From assembly GCA_035603235.1 (NCBI GenBank), contig DATNKU010000032.1:2249-66248 (forward strand): DNA of 64,000 nt, in the 5' to 3' direction. A program made the translations under genes and the position numbers. Positions 50,502 through 58,632 of this stretch are shown here, one piece after another (positions within the stretch are counted from its first letter, which is position 1; each line of letters opens with the position of its first letter). The notes beneath the pieces are model-generated. The model was not told the DNA's origin. It saw nothing but the letters and a program-made list of their open reading frames with translations, and did no database searches. The DNA is from Candidatus Cybelea sp. (GTDB lineage Bacteria; Acidobacteriota; Terriglobia; Acidiferrales; UBA7541).

Positions 50502-50792
50502 ATGGTTGGCGGGCTAAAGGTAATTCTGGTCAAGGACGGATGCGAGCGCGAATTCGAATCGCTGTTCAGCGAGCTTCGAAAATCGATGCACGACCGCGAG
50601 CCAGGTTGCCTGCTGTATTCCCTTCTGAAGTCGCGCACAGACCCGCGATCCTACATCGTGCACGAGCAGTATCGCGATGCGGAGGCATTGGACGCGCACC
50701 AGTCTTCGCCGCACGGGAAAATTTATTTTTCGAGGATTCGGGCGCTGTTGGATGATATTCGCGTCGAGTATTTCGATGGGGTAGTCGCATAG
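50502..50792 (+). CDS. antibiotic-biosynthesis-monooxygenase (ABM) domain protein
   Basis: About 96 aa. Ferredoxin-like ABM pattern (EPGCLLYSL.....P..Y.V.E.Y.D.EALDAH..S.H). GGAAGGGAGAG Shine-Dalgarno. Confidence 0.75.
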   Translation: MVGGLKVILVKDGCEREFESLFSELRKSMHDREPGCLLYSLLKSRTDPRSYIVHEQYRDAEALDAHQSSPHGKIYFSRIRALLDDIRVEYFDGVVA

Positions 50793-50826
50793 TCGAACGG
50801 GAAGCCGATGGATCTGAGGAGGAAGC

Positions 50827-51573
50827 ATGCTCGAAAAGGATATTGAGATTCGCATGGCGGACGGCGTGTGCGACGCGGTGCTATTTGAGGCGGAAGATGG
50901 ACGGCGCCGCCCGGGCGCGATTCATTACCCGGACATTGTCGGTATTCGCCCCTCCCATCGGGCGATGGCCCGGCGTCTGGCTGAGGCCGGATACACAGTG
51001 CTGCTGCCGAATCCGTTCTATCGCACGGCGCGTACCCCGGTTTTCGATTTCAAACCGAATTTTGCCGGTGATGAACGCACCATCAAACGCTTCGGCGAGC
51101 TCACTGGACCGATGCCTCCGGAGGCAATGGAAACTGACGCGTCAACCTACATAAACTATCTGGCGACGCAGAGCTCGGTAAGCGCGGCGCTGATGGGAGC
51201 AGTTGGCTACTGTTTTACGGGCGCGATGGCGCTGCGTACCGCGGCCGCGCGCCCTGATCGGGTCGGCGCGATCGCCTCATTCCACGGTGGACGCCTGTTC
51301 ATCGACGATCCAACCAGCCCGCACCTGAGTCTGCCCCGCGTGAAGGCACAGCTCTACTTCGGACACGCGACGAACGACCACTCGATGCCGCAACCTGCGA
51401 TCGACAAGTTTGACGCAGCGCTCGCCGCGTGGGGCGGCAAGTATCAAAGCGAAGTATACGACGCACTCCATGGATGGACCGTGCCAGACGAAGGCAGCCA
51501 GGTGTACAAAAAGCCAGAAGCCGAGCGCGCGTTCGGCAAGCTCACGGCACTTTTCGCGGCCACGCTCAAGTAA
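50827..51573 (+). CDS. dienelactone hydrolase family protein
   Basis: 248 aa. Nucleophile context GAVGYCFTGAMAL (Cys type), ASFHGG and a late His (ALHGW). GAGGAGGAAG Shine-Dalgarno. Confidence 0.8.
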   Translation: MLEKDIEIRMADGVCDAVLFEAEDGRRRPGAIHYPDIVGIRPSHRAMARRLAEAGYTVLLPNPFYRTARTPVFDFKPNFAGDERTIKRFGELTGPMPPEAMETDASTYINYLATQSSVSAALMGAVGYCFTGAMALRTAAARPDRVGAIASFHGGRLFIDDPTSPHLSLPRVKAQLYFGHATNDHSMPQPAIDKFDAALAAWGGKYQSEVYDALHGWTVPDEGSQVYKKPEAERAFGKLTALFAATLK

Positions 51574-51642
51574 CGTCGGACCAAGGCGTGTCGCTGGGCG
51601 CCTACCGGTAGCGAAAGAAATCCACAGGCCATTGGTTATGTA

Positions 51643-52479
51643 CTACCACTTGCGGGTGTCGTCTTTGGTGCGGATGACGGCCATTCGCCTGGTGAGGGCA
51701 CGCAGCAGCCATGGCGCGAAGCGTTCGACGGCAACAATCACCTTTCCGTGCCCGGTAATGATCCTCTCCCGCTTGCCACGGGCCACGCAGCGCAGAATCT
51801 CGCGCACCGCCGTCGGCGCACTCACCACCATCCAGGCCGGAATCGGGTCCGGCGAATCGGCGTGCAGTCGGCCCAGATTGTCGGTGCGGCGGATGTCGCT
51901 TGCGACGAATCCCGGGCTGAGTATGGTCACCTTGATTCCGGCGGGCCGGAGCTCCTCGGTGATCGCACTTGCGAGTGCGCGGAGCGCGAACTTGCTCATC
52001 GAATACGGCGAGGCACCCGGGGTCGAGATCCATCCCGAAACGCTTGAGACGATTGCGAGGTTCCCGCCGCTACGCTCAAGCTCGGGCAACGCGGCGTAAA
52101 TCGTCCGCAGCACGCCGAAAACATTTGTTTCAAATTGCCGGCGGTAATCCTCAAGCGTGAGTTTTTTCAGCGGGGCGACCACTCCGAACCCCGCATTGGC
52201 GAATACCACGTCCAGCTTTCCGAAGGCGTGCAAGGCGTCCGCTACGGCCCGCTCAAGATCGCCGTCCCGCGTCACATCGCATTCGGCGACCACCGGACGC
52301 GAGCGACCGGCGCTGGTGATTTTCTGCGCAAGACTCTCCAAGCGATCGGCGCGGCGCGCGGCAAGCGTCAGCTGCGCCCCGGCTTGTGCCAATTGCCAGG
52401 CCAGCTCCTCCCCGATGCCTGAAGATGCACCGGTAATGAGCACGGATTTGCCTAGGAAAAACTCGTGCATGCCAGTCAT
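51643..52479 (-). CDS. short-chain dehydrogenase/reductase (SDR)
   Basis: 278 aa. VLITGASSGIGEELA cofactor motif, NAG, and the catalytic S...YSMSK block. Confidence 0.9.
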   Translation of the reverse strand: MTGMHEFFLGKSVLITGASSGIGEELAWQLAQAGAQLTLAARRADRLESLAQKITSAGRSRPVVAECDVTRDGDLERAVADALHAFGKLDVVFANAGFGVVAPLKKLTLEDYRRQFETNVFGVLRTIYAALPELERSGGNLAIVSSVSGWISTPGASPYSMSKFALRALASAITEELRPAGIKVTILSPGFVASDIRRTDNLGRLHADSPDPIPAWMVVSAPTAVREILRCVARGKRERIITGHGKVIVAVERFAPWLLRALTRRMAVIRTKDDTRKW

Positions 52480-52663
52480 GCCAAACCCTTATAGCATATG
52501 CACCAAACTGACGGACGCTGCCCCCCGGTGTGGACACCCCAACCGCAACGGCGAATGCGTTTTTATAGCCACTAGCAACAGGTCATTCGCCACTGGTATG
52601 ATGAGCGGCTTGGACGCAACCCGTACGCCTGCTTGTGAATCCAAAGCGTCGAATCCTTTTGCA

Positions 52664-54538
52664 ATGAGGGGGAACTTGGTGCGGCGACTGCTGGCAATTT
52701 GCGCGGTAACATTTACGGTGTTGGCGGCATTTGCGGCTGCGCGCCTGACTCAGGTCGCCACAGTTTCCGCGGCTAGCGGACCGAGTAATCTCGTGTTATC
52801 GCAGGCTCAGTCGACGGGCGGCTGCCCGCTCGGTCCCGCCTATACTTTCTGCGATCAGATCCCCGGCGCGCAAGGTCCGACAGAGAGCTTCGTTGTCAGC
52901 GCCTCCGCGGCAGTCAGTGGTCTGTCCGTTTCACTCGGTCAAGTTCCCGGCCTTGCAACCAGCTTTGCTCCAGGTGATTTCACGATCACCAGCAACTCGT
53001 GTACGGGAAGTCTGGCGGCTAACCAACAGTGCCAGATCGGCCTCGCGTTCTCTCCCACCGTCGCCGGTCTACGTACGGCCGCTGTGACCGTGACCGACGC
53101 TGGCGGTGACACCCTGACCTTCAATATCGCGGGCACGGGCAAGAACCTTGCAATTGCGACGCCGGGCAATTCATGCGCCTTGGCGGACAACGCGTACACG
53201 TATTGCCCGCAACCAGTCGGAGGCGCAAGCGCCCCGGTGACCTTTACGCTGACCGCAGCAGCCCCGGAGAGTGGCATAATCCTCTCGCTTGCGGCGATCC
53301 CCGGACTTTCGTCCGAATTTGGATCCGGGGATTTCACGATCGCGACCACGACTTGCACGGGTGCGCTTGCGGCAAGCGCCAATTGCGCCGTCGACGTTGA
53401 GTTCACCCCGAAATTAGCAGGACTGCGTTCGGCGGAGTTAACGGCGACCGACGCCGAGGGTGATACGACGCTCGTGTACCTCGCGGGCAACACGACCAGC
53501 GGTCTGGCGTTCAACTCCAGTGCGCCCGGGTCCAATCCCGCCGCCTGCGCGCGATTGAATTTCTTTGGTTACTGCAACCAGCCGACCTCAGGCAGCACCT
53601 CGTCGACCGCGTACACGGTTACAAATACTTCCGGGGCGCAGGTGACCGGGCTCACGATTACACCGCCGCTCAATACGACTCAACCGCCGCCCCCGCCTGT
53701 AAACTTCTCTGTCACTGGAACGAGCTGCGCAACGACGCTTGCAGCCAACGCATCGTGCACGATCAATGTAGCGTTCACGCCGCTAGTCACGGGATTCCAG
53801 CAAGGCTCGGTTGTTGTGACCGATACCGCCGGCGACATCGCGGCCATAAATCTCTCTGGCACAGGCGACGATTTCAACATGGTCATCGTGGCCGGTCAGT
53901 CGCAGGAAGTTACCGTTTCACAAGGCAACTCGGCCACCTACATGGCGCAGCTGATTGCCGACGGGGTGTTCGGTCAAAATGGCGAAACCGTGACGCTCGT
54001 GTGCCCCCCAAATCTGCCCGAATTTACCACCTGTGACTTCGCACCGTGCCCGATCACGCCGGTGGTCGGAGGAGCTGTTCCGTTCAAAGTTGTGATTGCG
54101 ACTTCGACGGCCACCACGCTGACACCGCCAATCACGAACCCGTGTAACAGCCCGGCGGCGTCTGCGGCGCCTGCTACCCGCGGGCCTATTGGGATATTGC
54201 AAATCGTGACAAACAGGACCGAGCACGCTCCGCAATTCCCTGCTCTATTGGCAGTTCTTGCGATGCTTGGCCTCGGCGCGTCGAGCGCCTGGCCGATGGC
54301 TTTTGGGCGGCGCGCAAATTGGGGGCGCGTCGCGCTCGCGCTGGTAATCCTTTTCGGAGCCGCCCTCGCCGCCTGTGGCAAGAAAGGCAACGCAACCACG
54401 TCCACGGCGACCCCTATCGCTACAACTACGATGAACGTTGTGGCGAGCGCTGTAGATTCGAGTGGCAACCCCATCAACGGTAGCCGCGGCTTGCAGATCA
54501 TTCTCGACGTTATCAAGCAACAGGCGACGCTTCCTTAA
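52664..54538 (+). CDS. exported repeat protein, choice-of-anchor-D / HYDIN-like Ig-fold repeats, with an unusual C-terminal anchor region
   Basis: Track ORF 52157..54538 trimmed to the ATG at 52664 (signal peptide RRLLAICAVTFTVLAAFAAA). At least 5 repeats fit the pattern F.....DF.IT...C.G.LAA...C...V.F.P...G.R.A..TVTD. The 5' part of the track ORF is antisense to the SDR gene. Confidence 0.7.
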   Translation: MRGNLVRRLLAICAVTFTVLAAFAAARLTQVATVSAASGPSNLVLSQAQSTGGCPLGPAYTFCDQIPGAQGPTESFVVSASAAVSGLSVSLGQVPGLATSFAPGDFTITSNSCTGSLAANQQCQIGLAFSPTVAGLRTAAVTVTDAGGDTLTFNIAGTGKNLAIATPGNSCALADNAYTYCPQPVGGASAPVTFTLTAAAPESGIILSLAAIPGLSSEFGSGDFTIATTTCTGALAASANCAVDVEFTPKLAGLRSAELTATDAEGDTTLVYLAGNTTSGLAFNSSAPGSNPAACARLNFFGYCNQPTSGSTSSTAYTVTNTSGAQVTGLTITPPLNTTQPPPPPVNFSVTGTSCATTLAANASCTINVAFTPLVTGFQQGSVVVTDTAGDIAAINLSGTGDDFNMVIVAGQSQEVTVSQGNSATYMAQLIADGVFGQNGETVTLVCPPNLPEFTTCDFAPCPITPVVGGAVPFKVVIATSTATTLTPPITNPCNSPAASAAPATRGPIGILQIVTNRTEHAPQFPALLAVLAMLGLGASSAWPMAFGRRANWGRVALALVILFGAALAACGKKGNATTSTATPIATTTMNVVASAVDSSGNPINGSRGLQIILDVIKQQATLP

Positions 54539-54775
54539 GGCTTGGGAAGTGTCTCGCCGCGTGGCCAAGGCTCGAACCGTACGGCAACACAACGGCGTGC
54601 CGATCGAGAAGCAGGAGCGTTTCTCCTCCTTTGAGCGGTTCTGCCCGGCCCGCAACCAAGTCCCACGAGGTCCCCGCGAATGCGTGCATTTCGCGTAGCA
54701 CTCCGATCACGCCGAGGTTGCAAGCCCGAGGATTCGTAAGACAATTGAGTTAACCGTCTCGGTCGGAGGAGCTGT

Positions 54776-55351
54776 ATGACTACGCAGGACAAACGAGGAA
54801 CTCGGATGGCGGCAGATGCTGGCGGGCCGCAATCGCCCGGTCGCGCGATCGTGCGTCGGGCGCTGGGAATCGCTGCGCCAATCCTAATCCTCAGCACGTG
54901 CTTTCTGTCCGGCACAACGGCGCGCGCGCAAAACGGTGGATACATGCGCGTGCTCACCTCGCATGGGCAGGTCGCCGGAGAGTCGACCGACCCGAGATTC
55001 AACGGCTGGATTTTGCTTCAGACAACGACGATGCCGTCTGCGCCGCAAATCGCCGCCATGGCGGACGAAGCAGCTCCCGGCGCGGGCGGCGAGAAGGTCG
55101 TACACAAACCCGTGGTCATTGTAAAGGACAGGGACCGATCATCTCTCGCGCTGCTGGGAGCCTCGACAAGCCACCAGCACTATCCGGAGATTGACATCGT
55201 CGTGACGTCGCCGGGCGGCGAACCCGTCGCACGATATAAATTGTACGACGCGACGATCCTGTCCATCCGCGCGGGCGACACTGGCGGTGGAACCCACGAG
55301 GAGGTTGAACAGGTGAGAATCAGCTACGCGAAGATTGAGATCGAGCAGTAG
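54776..55351 (+). CDS. Hcp-like (type VI tube protein fold) protein carrying an N-terminal signal peptide
   Basis: 191 aa with a GGAGGAG Shine-Dalgarno. Signal peptide RAIVRRALGIAAPILILSTCFLSGTTARA-Q. The mature part shows Hcp-type blocks VAGESTDPRFNGWILL, VVIVKDRDRSSLALLGASTSHQHYPEIDIVV, YKLYDATILSI and EQVRISYAKIEIE. Confidence 0.6.
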   Translation: MTTQDKRGTRMAADAGGPQSPGRAIVRRALGIAAPILILSTCFLSGTTARAQNGGYMRVLTSHGQVAGESTDPRFNGWILLQTTTMPSAPQIAAMADEAAPGAGGEKVVHKPVVIVKDRDRSSLALLGASTSHQHYPEIDIVVTSPGGEPVARYKLYDATILSIRAGDTGGGTHEEVEQVRISYAKIEIEQ

Positions 55352-55464
55352 AAGTCGCGCGATCGATTCCCCCGTCGGTCCGGTCACAATTCGCTTCTCC
55401 GCACTTCCCACCTTCACCCGCGGCTGTCGCCACGGTGACGCACTCACAGGAAACTCAGGTTGGC

Positions 55465-56031
55465 TTAAGGAGTGACCGGCTTTTCGGATTTGTTCTGCGC
55501 GGAATCCATCTGTCCAGCTGCGGGCGGCTGCGACGGGTTAGTGCCGCTCCCGGCCGTGGGATACTTTAGAGCAACCCACTTGTACCAGCCGCCGTCCATC
55601 ACTTTGATGTTGGTATAACCGAATTCTGCGAGCTGGCGAATCAGGTCCTCCGTGTCGTGCGGACACGAACCGTACATGATCAGCGTCTTGTTGCGCGGCA
55701 GGCTGATCGGAAAGGTCTTCACGCGCATTACCCAGGGATAGCTAATGGCGCCGGGAATGTGTCCCTCGGCGTAACCATCGGTCGGCTGCGTGTCCACGAT
55801 TGCAACACCCGGATCCCTGTCCTGCACCATCTTCAGCACGGCATCGGGCGCGACGATCGGCGGCGCAGGTGCCAAAACGGGCACGGTTGGGTCCACAGCT
55901 GCAAGATCATCTTGGGCGCGAGCTGCGGGAGCGACGAATGCCAGCGCCAACAGTAGGCCTGTCATTGCACAGAATCCCGCCGTCGCGAAGGCGCCGACTA
56001 CCGGGAAAGAGATCTTCGCCGCTGCTTTCAT
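55465..56031 (-). CDS. exported rhodanese-like domain protein
   Basis: Start set to the ATG at 56031, preceded by GGAGG (the track start at 56043 is TTG). Signal peptide ...AFVAPAARAQ. Rhodanese pattern VDTQP...YAEGHIPGAISYP...MYGSCPHDTED...GYTNIKVMDGGWYKW. The loop after the Cys lacks the usual Arg. Confidence 0.75.
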   Translation of the reverse strand: MKAAAKISFPVVGAFATAGFCAMTGLLLALAFVAPAARAQDDLAAVDPTVPVLAPAPPIVAPDAVLKMVQDRDPGVAIVDTQPTDGYAEGHIPGAISYPWVMRVKTFPISLPRNKTLIMYGSCPHDTEDLIRQLAEFGYTNIKVMDGGWYKWVALKYPTAGSGTNPSQPPAAGQMDSAQNKSEKPVTP

Positions 56032-56624
56032 GTCGACCTCCAAAATCCCAGCTTTTCTCCCAACACCCTCGGATGTTACGCCGGTCGTCGGAGGAGGTCA
56101 ATATACCAAGGAGCCCTAGCCAACATTGAGCGTCCGTGGCACACTTAGCGCGTGGGAAACAAAGACGCAAAGAAGCGCGAAACAAAGAAGCCCAAGAAAA
56201 AGCAGCCCAGCGCGCACGAGATTCGGATGGCCAGCCGTCCGATTTTCACGAACCCCAAGTAACGCACGTCGCTGCGGCGGCAATTTCGAACGTGCTCGGT
56301 TTTTCTCTACGCTTGCTACCTGGCAGGCGGTGTGGGCGAACCTCAGCGCTCCACATGCCCTTCGCCTGAACACCCTGCGCTTCATCGAATCACGCTGAAC
56401 CGTTGCCCTCCTGCGTGCCAATGCATGCTCCCGAGGCCTGCCCGTGGGTCATATCTGAGCGAAGCTTTTTCGAACCTGGCGGGTTTGATGAGTTGGATAA
56501 GGCCGCGCATATTTTGTGGCTGCCAAATCCGGATTTTGTATCATACTCGGCATAATTAGCCTGCCTGTGTCCTGCCGCTTTGGGTGCGGTGGGAGGGGGG
56601 CCAGAAAAACGGAGGATTTCCTAC

Positions 56625-57587
56625 ATGCGAACGTTCCAGAGGGCTCGCTATCTTGTGTTCTTTGCTTTGCTCTTCGCCATTCCCGCGGTATCGCACGCTC
56701 AGGTTGGCGTCGGTGTCGCGATTACGGTGGCCCCGCCGGCTCTGCCGGTCTATGAGCAACCCCCCTGCCCCACTGAGGGATTTCTTTGGACGCCCGGCTA
56801 CTGGGCTTACGGTCCTGGGGGCTACTTCTGGACTCCCGGCCTTTGGGTTGCGCCACCGCATCCGGGTCTGCTTTGGACACCCGGCTACTGGGGATTCGTG
56901 GGCGGAGCCTACGGCTGGCACGGGGGCTATTGGGGACCGCACGTTGGATTCTATGGCGGGATTAATTACGGCTTCGGCTACGGCGGTGTCGGATTCTACG
57001 GCGGACGCTGGGACGGCGGACACTTCATGTACAACACCGCTGCGTGGCATGTGGGCGCCGGCTTCCACGGCGTTTATGAAGATCGCACCGTGATCAACAA
57101 CACGACCGTCAACCACTATAGCTTCAATGGCGAGGGCGGCGTACGCGCCGCGCCGACTGCCGGCGAACGTGCCGCGATGAATGAGCAGCATTTCGGGCGC
57201 ACTCCGGATCAGGTCTCGCATCAGCAGGCCGCCCGGGTCGACCGCAGCAACTACGCCGCGGTAAACCACGGAACACCGTCCCACCCGGAGGGAATGGGCG
57301 TGAATGCTCGTCAGGATCGCCAGCAGAATCGGATCAATCAGGGAGTTCGCTCGGGACAACTCACTCCGGGTGAAACTTCGCACATCGAGCACAACGAAAC
57401 TGCCATCCATAACGAGGCGCGTACCGATCGTGCTGAAAATGGCGGTCATCTGACCGGCGCCGAGCACAACCAGATCGAGCATCAGCAGAATAAGGAGAGC
57501 CGGCAGATCTACAACGACAAGCACAACGCCAAAACCGATGCGCATCCCAACGGTGGTGGCGGTACAAAAGGTGGCGAAAAGAAATAA
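56625..57587 (+). CDS. exported YXWGXW-repeat protein with a Gly/Tyr-rich core and a His/Asn/Gln-rich tail
   Basis: Track ORF trimmed to MRTFQRARYLVFFALLFAIPAVSHAQ, with ACGGAGGA upstream. Four W-x-x-G-[YL]-W units (FLWTPGYWAY, YFWTPGLWVA, LLWTPGYWGF, YGWHGGYWGP). Confidence 0.7.
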   Translation: MRTFQRARYLVFFALLFAIPAVSHAQVGVGVAITVAPPALPVYEQPPCPTEGFLWTPGYWAYGPGGYFWTPGLWVAPPHPGLLWTPGYWGFVGGAYGWHGGYWGPHVGFYGGINYGFGYGGVGFYGGRWDGGHFMYNTAAWHVGAGFHGVYEDRTVINNTTVNHYSFNGEGGVRAAPTAGERAAMNEQHFGRTPDQVSHQQAARVDRSNYAAVNHGTPSHPEGMGVNARQDRQQNRINQGVRSGQLTPGETSHIEHNETAIHNEARTDRAENGGHLTGAEHNQIEHQQNKESRQIYNDKHNAKTDAHPNGGGGTKGGEKK

Positions 57588-57618
57588 ATTCCGGACGTCG
57601 AACGATTCACTGACGATT

Positions 57619-57649
57619 AGGGGCGGCCGCGAGGTCGCCCCTTTTTTTG
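57619..57649 (+). terminator. intrinsic terminator
   Basis: AGGGGCG (57619-57625) / CGCCCCT (57636-57642) stem with a 10-nt loop, followed by T7. Lies 32 nt after the stop of the YXWGXW gene. Confidence 0.7.
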
Positions 57650-57722
57650 CCCGCGCAAGACCGTTAACCGTCGCTCACCGCGCGGAATCCAGGCGCCTTG
57701 AATGCCGCCGCCGTTCGCTGCT

Positions 57723-58289
57723 TTACGCGACAGGCTCATAGCACAGCAGCACGTTCCCGTTGGCGAACGCCCGGGTCTTGGTCGGCTTCATACCGAGCTT
57801 CTTCTTGACGCCATCGAACATCGTGCGGCCTTTACCCAGAACGACTGGTACCACCACGAGATTGTACTCGTCGACCAAGCCCTGCTCCGCCAATTGCGCA
57901 ACGATGGTGCCGCTGCCCAAAACGCACATGCCTCCCCCGGGTTCATTCTTCAATTTTCGTATCTCCGCCCCAGGATCGCTCTTCACCAGTTTCGTGTTGC
58001 TCCACGACACCGCCTCAAGCGTTCTTGAAAACACGATTTTCTCGGACCCATTCATCCCCTCGGCAACCGAAGGCGTATTTTGTGCCGCCATCGGCGTGGG
58101 CCAATAGCTCGCCATCAGTTCATATGTGACCCTCCCAAATACGAGGGCGCCTCCCGCGCCTGCATTCGCTCCGACGAACGCGTCCCACTCCGGGTCAGGC
58201 TTGGGGTTGTGAGCCCAGCGCATATCACCCTGCGCATCGACGAAATAACCATCCAGCGTCACGTTATTGAAAACGACTAATTTCCGCAT
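57723..58289 (-). CDS. dihydrofolate reductase-like (RibD C-terminal domain) family protein
   Basis: Start set to the ATG at 58289, preceded by GGAGA. MRKLVVFNNVTLDGYF...GGALVFGRVTYELM...VVPVVLGKG is the RibD_C/DHFR-like pattern. Confidence 0.8.
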   Translation of the reverse strand: MRKLVVFNNVTLDGYFVDAQGDMRWAHNPKPDPEWDAFVGANAGAGGALVFGRVTYELMASYWPTPMAAQNTPSVAEGMNGSEKIVFSRTLEAVSWSNTKLVKSDPGAEIRKLKNEPGGGMCVLGSGTIVAQLAEQGLVDEYNLVVVPVVLGKGRTMFDGVKKKLGMKPTKTRAFANGNVLLCYEPVA

Positions 58290-58632
58290 GATTGTCTCCA
58301 ATGTCGCAATCATGTCTCGCCAGGGACATTGACGTCAAGGCAGAGGATGGCACGACCGATTGATGCGAGGTCGTATGCGTGTCGGCAACGGGACTCGTGT
58401 GTCCCATGGGGGCCTTGTAGTGCGCGAAATGCACTACAGGTCCAGAAGAATACCCGGAAGGCGCTGTGAACAGGAGGGTTATGGACTGTGCGCGAACGGG
58501 GAAACGCCGGAAATTGTAACCAACGTACTATTTCGCGTGATGGACGGGGCCGGTACATTGATGACAGCGGGGGAAACCACTCGGCGGTCCTTTGCAACAG
58601 GTGTGACCCGCAACAAACTCTGAGGTGAAGGC

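Noticed and set aside
54561-54590. tRNA-like fragment on the minus strand (TGGCCAAGGCTCGAACCGTACGG resembles the reverse complement of a CCA end plus T-arm)
   Set aside because: The loop is 6 nt rather than 7, the flanking 5-nt stems are not complementary, and no anticodon or D arm can be built.
52664-56031. Hcp-like gene as part of a type VI secretion locus
   Set aside because: No Tss/VgrG/PAAR/ClpV genes occur anywhere in the window, and the protein has a signal peptide. It is treated as an orphan exported Hcp-fold protein instead.
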